From an uncultured Clostridia bacterium (GTDB taxonomy: Bacteria > Bacillota > Clostridia > Christensenellales > UBA1242), in the NCBI GenBank assembly GCA_947595235.1, contig CANQEP010000003.1:1-45841 (forward strand): a stretch of DNA of 45,841 nucleotides, given 5' to 3'. The position numbers and the translations under genes are program-made. Numbering within the stretch: the first letter of the stretch is position 1; each line of letters opens with the position of its first letter. The notes under the pieces are model-generated. The model saw nothing but the letters and a program-made list of their open reading frames with translations, was not told the origin of the DNA and searched no databases. Of the stretch, positions 37,942-45,523 are shown piece by piece.

Positions 37942-38336
37942 TTTGGTATTGCAAACTATTTGTCTGACAGAACAAACGAATCGCGAGAGTGTAATTGCAA
38001 AATTCAGTGAGCCACTATTTAGCATCTTTTTGCGAAGAACACATTGAAAAATTGCCAAATTGAAGTTATAATTAGACCTAAGGAGCAAAAATAATCCAAG
38101 TTTTTTATGCACTGACCCCGACGACCTAAACAAAACTCTACAATCGCTTGACGGAGATGTTGAAGAATTATTGAAAAACAACCCATTCCTCATTTAGAGC
38201 GCGCCAAAGCGGTGTGCTTTTTCTTGGCAAACAATGCAGAGATGAAATTGTAAAAAAACATATTGCTAAAAAACTCTTGACAAGTACCCCCCGAATCATG
38301 TTATCCTTCCAATAATAAGAAAAAAAGGAAATAATT

Positions 38337-38993
38337 ATGAAAGTTTTCAAAAAAATAGCACTCTCTTTTGCACTTGTTTTGGCAATTTGCTTGCCTAGTG
38401 TTCTGCTTGCGGCTTGCGGAAACAAAGAAAAATTGAGCCTTGTGCAAACATTTAAAACAGAATATTATGTTGGGCAAGACTTGGATATTACTGGGGGAAT
38501 CCTCAAATATGTTGACGAAGAGGGAAAGTCGGTTAATGTTGGACTTCAAGAAAGCATGGTTTCTGTGTTTTCAACCGAGAAACCTGGCAGCAAAAAAATG
38601 GTTATAACCTATGAAGACGAAACGCTATTGGTTGATTACATTGTAAAGCCATGGGATGTTCAAGAGAATGTTTATTATTCAGACTCTGAGCAACAACTTG
38701 GTGAAGGGGCACACGTATTTGTGAAGTTTGATCCTGCCCTTAACAAAGTGACCACGGTCACAACACTTACCAATCCATTTGACCCAGAGGAGGAGAAAAG
38801 CGAAACATCTTCACAAATGACAAAAGGCTATGACGATGACGGAAATATTTATTATGTATTTCAATACGCTATATCTCTAGACGGGCAAACAACAACGAAT
38901 GTAACATACAAAATTACAAACATCACAAAAGACTCATTCAAAATGGACCTTGGTGGCATTCAATCAATGACATTTACAATTTACAATAATTAA
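38337..38993 (+). CDS. Lipoprotein with bacterial Ig-like (Big_3-type) domain
   Basis: LLAAC lipobox; FKTEYYVGQDLDITGG..FSTEKPG..VITYE; resembles 25942..26724. Confidence 0.75.
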   Translation: MKVFKKIALSFALVLAICLPSVLLAACGNKEKLSLVQTFKTEYYVGQDLDITGGILKYVDEEGKSVNVGLQESMVSVFSTEKPGSKKMVITYEDETLLVDYIVKPWDVQENVYYSDSEQQLGEGAHVFVKFDPALNKVTTVTTLTNPFDPEEEKSETSSQMTKGYDDDGNIYYVFQYAISLDGQTTTNVTYKITNITKDSFKMDLGGIQSMTFTIYNN

Positions 38994-38997
38994 AATT

Positions 38998-39030
38998 AAA
39001 GAGCATATCATCCTTGATATGCTTTTTCTT
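38998..39030 (+). terminator. Intrinsic terminator
   Basis: AGCATATCA-TCCT-TGATATGCT followed by TTTTCTT. Confidence 0.75.
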
Positions 39031-39115
39031 ATGCTGTTAAAAAATAATTCCAAATTTTCGTTTTGGGCGAAATAGCCCTTGCGAAAAGATATTATATTTG
39101 TTATAATTGATTTGT

Positions 39116-39481
39116 ATGGACGAAACAAAAAATATGCAACCACTGGTCCTTGCGTTTGTGGGCGATGCTGTGCACACCTTGTTTGTGCGCGAGTTTTTTT
39201 CAAAGCGAGGGGACTACAAAGTGAATGAACTCAACCGCATGGTGAAAGAAAAGGTCAATGCGGGCGCGCAGTGCAAGACCTTTCTTGAGATTGAAAGCCT
39301 CTTGACAAGCGAAGAAAAGGACATTGCCACAAGGGCAAGGAACTCGGTCAAGGGGCAAGGCGCAAAGAACTATTCGGTCTTTGAGTATAATCATGCGACC
39401 GCGTTTGAGGCGCTGGTTGGATATTTGTACTTAGAGAAAAATTACGAGAGGCTTAACGAAATTTTGCAAAAGTCGTTGTGA
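39116..39481 (+). CDS. mrnC: Mini-ribonuclease III
   Basis: LAFVGDAV, VNAGAQ, RARN and Y..ATAFEALVGYLYL; located upstream of rlmB-sigH. Confidence 0.93.
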   Translation: MDETKNMQPLVLAFVGDAVHTLFVREFFSKRGDYKVNELNRMVKEKVNAGAQCKTFLEIESLLTSEEKDIATRARNSVKGQGAKNYSVFEYNHATAFEALVGYLYLEKNYERLNEILQKSL

Positions 39482-39488
39482 GGAAGAT

Positions 39489-40199
39489 ATGTTAGCAGAG
39501 GGAAGAAATCCAGTTAAAGAGGCGGTTCTTGGGAATAAAAGTATCGACAAGATTGTTGTTGAAGACAAAATCAAAGATACTTCTGTTCGCGAGACCGTTC
39601 GCCTTGCGCGTGAAAAGAAAATCCGCGTTGAGTTTGCTCCAAAAGAGGCGCTCGACCGCCTTTCAAAGACGGGGCATCACCAAGGCATCATCGCGGTTTT
39701 GAGCGACTTTGACTATACCCCTCTTGATGAGGTGCTCGGTGGTTTTGGACGCAGATTTTTTGTTGTTTTAGACAAGGTGACCGACCCGCACAACCTTGGA
39801 AGTGTCATCCGCTCGGCAGAGTGCGCGGGCGTTAGTGCGGTCATCATTCCCGAACGAAACTTTGCGCTTGTCAATGAAACTGTCATAAGAACAAGCATGG
39901 GGGCAATAAGCCACGTCAAGGTCTGCAAGGTCAAGAACCTCAATGACGCGATAAAGAAAATCAAGGACAGCGGCGTGTTTGTTTATGTTGCCGACATGGA
40001 TGGCGAAAGTATGTACAAGACCAATCTCACGGGCGACATCGCAATAGTTGTTGGCAGTGAGGGTGACGGGGTGTCCAGCCTCACGAAAAAACTCGCCGAC
40101 GGAGTTATTTCCATTCCAATGAAGGGGAAACTCAACTCACTCAACGCCAGCGTGGCGGCGGGGATAATCATGTTTGAGGTTTTGAGGCAGGAGGGTTAA
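39489..40199 (+). CDS. rlmB: 23S rRNA (guanosine-2251-2'-O)-methyltransferase, TrmH/SpoU family
   Basis: EGRNPVKEA, HQG, DPHNLGSVIRSA, GSEGDG and SLNASVAAG. Confidence 0.95.
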   Translation: MLAEGRNPVKEAVLGNKSIDKIVVEDKIKDTSVRETVRLAREKKIRVEFAPKEALDRLSKTGHHQGIIAVLSDFDYTPLDEVLGGFGRRFFVVLDKVTDPHNLGSVIRSAECAGVSAVIIPERNFALVNETVIRTSMGAISHVKVCKVKNLNDAIKKIKDSGVFVYVADMDGESMYKTNLTGDIAIVVGSEGDGVSSLTKKLADGVISIPMKGKLNSLNASVAAGIIMFEVLRQEG

Positions 40200-40202
40200 G
40201 CG

Positions 40203-40754
40203 TTGGACAAAGACGAAGAGATAATCAACAAACTTGTTGAGAACTATGCCTCAATAATCCGCGGAATTTGTAGACGATTTTATCTTGTTGGGGGAACGAG
40301 CGACGACCTTTATCAAGAGGGCATGATTGGACTTTTGGAGGCTTTCAGAAAGTTTGACGAAACGCGAGGAACGATTGGCGACGACTCCTTCAAAAAGTAC
40401 GCAACAACTTGCATTAAAAGGCAAATTCTTGACGCCATAAAGCACGCCAACACAAAAAAGAATGTTCCATTAAACAACGCAGTGCCAATCATAAGAAAGA
40501 ACGACGACGATGACGACGAGTTCGAAATTCACGAGATTGGCATTGCCGCCGACCCTGAGGAACTATTCATAAGCAAAGAAAAGCAAGAGGAAAGACTCAG
40601 TTCGCTCAGCGAGGTTTTGAGCGACTTTGAAAAGCGGGTGCTTTCGCTGTATCTTGACGGGCTCACAACAAGCGACATCGCCAAAGAACTTGGAAAGACT
40701 CCGCGAAGTATAACCAACACCATTCAAAGGATAAAATTAAAAGTAAAGAGGTAG
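40203..40754 (+). CDS. sigH: RNA polymerase sigma factor SigH
   Basis: DDLYQEGMIGL, YATTCIKRQILDAIKHANTKKNVPLN and LSDFEKRVLSLYLDG..IA; canonical position after rlmB. Confidence 0.88.
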   Translation: MDKDEEIINKLVENYASIIRGICRRFYLVGGTSDDLYQEGMIGLLEAFRKFDETRGTIGDDSFKKYATTCIKRQILDAIKHANTKKNVPLNNAVPIIRKNDDDDDEFEIHEIGIAADPEELFISKEKQEERLSSLSEVLSDFEKRVLSLYLDGLTTSDIAKELGKTPRSITNTIQRIKLKVKR

Positions 40755-40758
40755 AAAG

Positions 40759-42312
40759 ATGTATCTTGCACTTTATAGGAAATATAGGCCACAGAACTTT
40801 GATGACGTCATTGGTCAAAACCACATAACGCGCACGCTAATCAACCAGATAAAGACCGACAAAATCAGCCACGCGTACCTTTTTTGTGGCAGTCGTGGAA
40901 CGGGCAAAACTTCAACCGCAAAGATTTTTGCGCGGGCGATAAACTGCCTTTCGCCCGTGAATGGCTCGCCGTGTGGGAAGTGTGAGGTTTGCAAAAGCCT
41001 TGAAAAAAACAACATCGACGTGCTTGAAATCGACGCAGCGTCCAACAACGGCGTTGACGAGATAAGAGACTTGCGCGAAAAAATCAAGTACCCGCCAGTC
41101 AACGGCAAGTATAAGGTGTATATCGTTGACGAGGTTCATATGCTTTCGCCAAGTGCGTTCAACGCGCTACTGAAAACTCTTGAAGAGCCACCAAGTTATG
41201 CGGTGTTCATCTTGGCGACCACCGAAGTGCACAAACTTCCAGCGACCATACTTTCGCGATGTCTTAGGTTTGACTTCAAACTTGTTTCGCTCAGCGAACT
41301 TATCGACCTTTTGAAGAAGATTTTTGAAAAAGAGAAAATAACGGCAGAGCCCGAGGCGCTTGAACTCATTGCTCGTGCAGGCGAGGGAAGTGTGCGCGAC
41401 ACTTTGAGCATTGCCGACCGTTGCGTGTCTTATGCGGGCGACAACCTCACCTACAAGAGCGTTGTTGAGGTTCTTGGAACGACCGAGCGCGAAGAGATTT
41501 CTAATATCGCCGAGAAACTTCTTAACGATAACCTTGGCGAGAGCCTCAAAGAACTTGACAAGGTGCTTGGCGAGGGCAAGAGTCCGTTGGTTCTTAGCAA
41601 AGACCTTATATCCTACCTTCGCGACCTTCTTGTCATCTATACCTTGAAGGGCGACGCAAAAAAAATGGTTGTTGCCTCTGCGGATATGTTCAGCGTTATG
41701 GAAAGGCAAGCCTCTGAAGAGAACTACAACAAGATTGTTGAAGCAATAAATGTTTTAAGTGGAGTTGAGCAAGAACTTCGCTACAGCATAAGTCCGCGAA
41801 TTGTCCTTGAGACCGCTTTTGTTAAGGCGCTCACAAATGTTGACCTTCTTGAGCGCGTGACCGCCCTTGAAAAAAGGTTGAATGGTGGAGAAGTAAGTGT
41901 TTTGCCGAGTCAAGCATCGCCTCAGAGCGCAAAGGCGCAAGAGAAGGAAAGCGGTCAAGTTGAAAAGAGCAAAAGGGTCGAGCCAACTGCAAAAAAGGTG
42001 GAGAGCGTTAATACCGACAGCGAACTTCTTGGCAAACTTTTGACCTTTTTGCGCGAGAGGAAAGACATGACCCTTCTAACTTGCGTAAGGCAGGTTAAAA
42101 GCGTGCAGATTGAGGGCAAGACTGCGGTGCTATACTTTGAGGACGAGGCAACACTGCAACTAATCAGTCGCGACAAGTATAGGAGCGTTTTAGGTGAGTT
42201 CTTTGAAGGCGTGGGGCTTAACTATCTTTTCAAAATTGAAGAAAAGCGCCCAAAGGGGGATGAGAACGCGCTAAGAGACGCGTTTGGTGGCAAGTTAGAA
42301 ATAAGGGGGTGA
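40759..42312 (+). CDS. dnaX: DNA polymerase III subunit gamma/tau
   Basis: ALYRKYRP, GSRGTGKTS, EIDAAS, DEVHML and TILSRC. Confidence 0.98.
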   Translation: MYLALYRKYRPQNFDDVIGQNHITRTLINQIKTDKISHAYLFCGSRGTGKTSTAKIFARAINCLSPVNGSPCGKCEVCKSLEKNNIDVLEIDAASNNGVDEIRDLREKIKYPPVNGKYKVYIVDEVHMLSPSAFNALLKTLEEPPSYAVFILATTEVHKLPATILSRCLRFDFKLVSLSELIDLLKKIFEKEKITAEPEALELIARAGEGSVRDTLSIADRCVSYAGDNLTYKSVVEVLGTTEREEISNIAEKLLNDNLGESLKELDKVLGEGKSPLVLSKDLISYLRDLLVIYTLKGDAKKMVVASADMFSVMERQASEENYNKIVEAINVLSGVEQELRYSISPRIVLETAFVKALTNVDLLERVTALEKRLNGGEVSVLPSQASPQSAKAQEKESGQVEKSKRVEPTAKKVESVNTDSELLGKLLTFLRERKDMTLLTCVRQVKSVQIEGKTAVLYFEDEATLQLISRDKYRSVLGEFFEGVGLNYLFKIEEKRPKGDENALRDAFGGKLEIRG

Positions 42313-42315
42313 ACC

Positions 42316-43524
42316 ATGCAAGATATTTTGCTTCATCTTGGCATGATAAACGACGCAATTTTGCGCGAAAGATACTTCATTCCAAACAAGGGGGGCGAGT
42401 ATTTTTCGGCAGACCTCAAATTCGTAAAGGAGTACCGCAAGAAACTTTATGAACTTTTAAAGACCATTTCTTCTTCGCTGAATAACTACGAACCCGAAAT
42501 TGAGAAGGCAAGAAGTCAACTTGAAGAACTTATACATGATGTCGTTTCTTATATGCAAAGTGCCGACAAGGGCAACGTTATGAGGCGCGTGGCGTTTGTA
42601 AGTAACATTTGCACCGAGGTTGACGAGATGGTCGCCGACATAAAGAGGTCTCAAAAAAAGTATTGGGAAAACCAAATTATGGACACTGAGGGCGAAAGGC
42701 TGAAAGACATCTTGACGTATGCTTCAACCGAGGCGCTCATGTATGGTGACCGCTATGAAAAACTTGAGGGTGAACTTGCAGAATACTTCGCAAAAAAGTT
42801 TAGGGGCCTTGTTAAAGACAACTTTATTAACCTTATTGACCCAAATGATTTGACAAAAGACGACGCTTTGTTTTTAATAGGATACATAGTCAGTCGCAGA
42901 GAAGAGGTGTCAAATGTGGCGAACGCCTTTGGCAAAGCGCACTGCAACGAGAATGTTTGCTCGCGAGAGGACTGCATGTATCCGTCCGTTTGCGAGTACA
43001 ATTCGCAAAAGAAGGCGTATGACCGCGGGCTTATGAGATATAACGAGTGCTTTCACGCGCTTTCAAGTTATCTTTCGGGGAAGTTCGACCCCGCACGGGC
43101 AGAAAGTGTGGCAAGCAATGTCAAAGACCCAAAGATTGCCGAGATTATGCTAAAAATTCTGCAAAGCAAAAACTTGCCCGAGGGGAAAAGTTTTGTGCCC
43201 CCTTTAACGCGCTCGCAGTGGCAAATGGTCAACGAGCAGACCATAAAGGCAATTTTGTATGACGACATAAAAGACGAAAACAAGCCAAACCTCAATGACC
43301 CGAAAGAAATAATTGCCTACATTATTTTGCACAAAATGGACCTTTCGCCTTCAAGCGGTGAGAAGTTTGGCGAGTACTTTGTGAAGAACTATTGCTTCAT
43401 AAAAGACAAGTTCTTGCACCAGCCGAGCGAGAAAAACCCCTATCTTATCAGTTACAGCGACGCGCAAAAGATGTGCGACGAAATAATATCAGCCCAGCAC
43501 AAAAATCAGCCGGGCGAAGAATAA
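42316..43524 (+). CDS. Hypothetical 402-aa helical protein with a Cys cluster, inserted in the dnaX-ybaB-recR operon
   Basis: Long ORF with RBS GGGGGTG and host-like codon usage; Cx4Cx4Cx5C; ends QPGEE. Confidence 0.8.
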   Translation: MQDILLHLGMINDAILRERYFIPNKGGEYFSADLKFVKEYRKKLYELLKTISSSLNNYEPEIEKARSQLEELIHDVVSYMQSADKGNVMRRVAFVSNICTEVDEMVADIKRSQKKYWENQIMDTEGERLKDILTYASTEALMYGDRYEKLEGELAEYFAKKFRGLVKDNFINLIDPNDLTKDDALFLIGYIVSRREEVSNVANAFGKAHCNENVCSREDCMYPSVCEYNSQKKAYDRGLMRYNECFHALSSYLSGKFDPARAESVASNVKDPKIAEIMLKILQSKNLPEGKSFVPPLTRSQWQMVNEQTIKAILYDDIKDENKPNLNDPKEIIAYIILHKMDLSPSSGEKFGEYFVKNYCFIKDKFLHQPSEKNPYLISYSDAQKMCDEIISAQHKNQPGEE

Positions 43525-43536
43525 AAGGAGAGTATT

Positions 43537-43863
43537 ATGGGAAAATTTGGTGGATACAACATGGGCGGAGGGGGCAACATGCAAGCCCTCATGCGCCAAG
43601 CACAAAAAATGCAAGAGGAGGCTTTGAAGGCGCAAGCCGAGATTGACGATGCCGAGGTTGAAGGCAGTGCGGGTGGCGGAATGGTCAAGGTTGTTTTGAA
43701 GGGAAACAAGAACCCCGTTTCGGTCACCATTGACCCTAGTGCAGTTGACCCCGACGATGTTGAGATGCTAGAAGACCTTGTTGTTGCCGCTCTTAACGAC
43801 GCGACTGCAAAGGCGGATGAACTTCGCGCCAGCAAACTTGGAAGATTTGGGGGCATGATGTAG
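43537..43863 (+). CDS. ybaB: YbaB/EbfC nucleoid-associated protein
   Basis: MRQAQKMQE, GSAGGGMVKV and DVEMLEDLVVAALNDA. Confidence 0.96.
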   Translation: MGKFGGYNMGGGGNMQALMRQAQKMQEEALKAQAEIDDAEVEGSAGGGMVKVVLKGNKNPVSVTIDPSAVDPDDVEMLEDLVVAALNDATAKADELRASKLGRFGGMM

Positions 43864-44459
43864 TGGACGCGTCAAACCTTGAAAGCCTTGACAGACTGAC
43901 CAACGAGTTTTCTAAACTTCCCGGTGTTGGAAAAAAGACTGCCGCGCGCTACGCCTACTTTATTGTGACCGGAACAAAAGAGGGCGCTGAGGCGTTTGCC
44001 GATGCCATTCTTGACGCAAAAAAGTCAATCCGCTTTTGCTCAAATTGTGGCAACTTTTCTAGTGGCGACGTATGCAATATCTGCAAAACTCGTGGCGAAG
44101 AAACAATCTGCGTTGTTAAAGAGCCAAAAGACGTTTCTGCCATAGAAAAGGCGCACGCCTACAAGGGCTCGTACCACGTTCTTCACGGAACAATAAATCC
44201 GCTTGCCAACGTCGCCCCAAAAGACATAAAAATCGCCGAACTTCTTTCGCGCATATCCAAGGGGCAAACAAAAGAGGTCATTTTGGCGACCTCTCCCGAT
44301 GTTGAGGGCGAGGCAACAGCAATGTATATCGCCTCACTCATAAAGCCCCATAACATCAAGGTCACTCGCCTTGCGCAAGGCCTTGCCGCAGGCACCCAAC
44401 TGGAATTTGCCGATGAGGTGACTATTGCGCGCTCCCTCGCCGACCGCCGCACTCTTTAG
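43863..44459 (+). CDS. recR: Recombination mediator RecR
   Basis: LPGVGKKTA HhH, CSNC..CNIC zinc finger and Toprim EVILAT..EGEATA. Confidence 0.97.
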   Translation: MDASNLESLDRLTNEFSKLPGVGKKTAARYAYFIVTGTKEGAEAFADAILDAKKSIRFCSNCGNFSSGDVCNICKTRGEETICVVKEPKDVSAIEKAHAYKGSYHVLHGTINPLANVAPKDIKIAELLSRISKGQTKEVILATSPDVEGEATAMYIASLIKPHNIKVTRLAQGLAAGTQLEFADEVTIARSLADRRTL

Positions 44460-44585
44460 AGGGCAATCTTCATGTCCACGGCTGCGTTTCTGTCGAGCGA
44501 GCCACCACAGTCATTTATGTCTTAATAAACTCCTGCGGTGGCTCACTCGCCGAGCCTTGCCGTGAACATAAATCTTGCCCTCTAA
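44456..44585. mobile_element. MITE-like/REP-like long hairpin with terminal inverted repeats
   Basis: TTAGAGGGCAA...TTGCCCTCTAA termini; internal pairings CACGGC/GCCGTG and CGAGCGAGCCACC/GGTGGCTCACTCG. Confidence 0.65.
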
Positions 44586-44650
44586 TTTTTCTAAGGATTG
44601 GCGAACTTCAGCACAATAAGTGCAGAAAATCAAAAAATCTCAGACAGTCA

Positions 44651-44860
44651 TGTTTTGTTGCGCGCGACTTGTCGCGCGCTCCTTCCTCACCGCACCTAAG
44701 CCATATTTTAGGCAAATAACTTTGAAAAGGAAAAGTCCATGACCATAAAGGTCTATGGGCTTTTCCTTTTCTTCGTTCTTTACCCAAACTATGGCTTATC
44801 TGCTCCTTCGCGTTTTTTGAACAAATCGGTTCAAAGGGAAAGAAGAGGTTGTATTATTTT
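44651..44860 (-). repeat. Repeat family B, long copy (left arm of the terminal inverted arrangement)
   Basis: Reverse complement aligns with 45524-45590 (TTCCCTTTGAACCGAT..GCAGATAAGC) and 45700-45841 (AAAAGCCCATAGACCTTTATGGTCATGG..GCGGTGAGG..CGCAACA). Confidence 0.85.
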
Positions 44861-44905
44861 AATTGCTCTTTCAAAACTCATATATAAATTTCTTGAGTCA
44901 AAATC

Positions 44906-44977
44906 AAGTGCCCCACTGATGATGGGGAAAGGTGGTACGCAAGTACCAAAAGGGGAGATACTTCAATCAGTATCCTC
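44906..44977 (+). repeat. REP-like repeat family A copy
   Basis: AAGTGCCCCACTGATGATGGGGAAAGGTGGTACGCAAGTACCAAAAGGGG. Confidence 0.88.
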
Positions 44978-45048
44978 TTTTTATTTTGAATGAATAAAGG
45001 TACAGATATTTTAAGTCAAAGTTTTTCTAAAAACAAATAAACGAAAAA

Positions 45049-45115
45049 AGTTGATACTTAACCTCCCCTTTTGGTGAGTGAACTCACCACCTTTCCCCAT
45101 CGACAGTGGGGAACT
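45049..45115 (-). repeat. REP-like repeat family A copy
   Basis: Reverse complement: AGTTCCCCACTGTCGATGGGGAAAGGTGGTGAGTTCACTCACCAAAAGGGGAGGTTAAGTATCAACT. Confidence 0.88.
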
Positions 45116-45193
45116 GGGAGTTGATTCTTATTTGAAGTGTCAAATTTTGTGGCTCTACTCAATTATTAAACCAAACTCTAAATTGACATTAAG

Positions 45194-45261
45194 AAGTTGA
45201 TATTTTATCACCCCTTTTGGTGCGGAACCGCACCACCTTTCCCCCGTGGAAGGGGGCACTT
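45194..45261 (-). repeat. REP-like repeat family A copy
   Basis: Reverse complement: AAGTGCCCCCTTCCACGGGGGAAAGGTGGTGCGGTTCCGCACCAAAAGGGGTGATAAAATATCAACTT. Confidence 0.88.
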
Positions 45262-45400
45262 GGGGTGGATGGGCGATTTTTGAGTCCCGCTTTGGGAGTT
45301 CTCTCATATTTTTTCACGAAAACTCTTATTGACATTTTTCAGTTGATGTTTTTTATTATGGTTTTCCCAAACTAATAGTTGAATTTCTTGCGTCCATACC

Positions 45401-45464
45401 AAGTGCCCCCTGGACGGGGGGAAGGTGGTACGCAAGTACCAAAAGGGGTGATAAAGTATCAACT
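45401..45464 (+). repeat. REP-like repeat family A copy
   Basis: AAGTGCCCCCTGGACGGGGGGAAGGTGGTACGCAAGTACCAAAAGGGGTGATAAAGTATCAACT. Confidence 0.88.
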
Positions 45465-45523
45465 AGCAACGACGATTGAGAGGACAGAAAGAAATTAAAG
45501 AGAAACGCCAAGGTTGGAAATGA

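Noticed and set aside
37940-38200. Coding-like fragments on the + strand (e.g. ..DPDDLNKTLQSLDGDVEELLKNNPFLI*)
   Set aside because: Broken by stops, with no start or RBS and no recognisable family. Possibly a decayed gene, but not supportable.
826-44452. Numerous 60-210 aa ORFs antisense or out-of-frame to the called genes (e.g. 11982..12602, 13157..13768, 30335..30913, 32002..32640)
   Set aside because: Shadow ORFs fully overlapping well-supported genes, with no motifs or translation signals.
44906-45464. Possible CRISPR array
   Set aside because: Repeats are in mixed orientation, ~65 bp long, internally variable and irregularly spaced. No cas genes are present.
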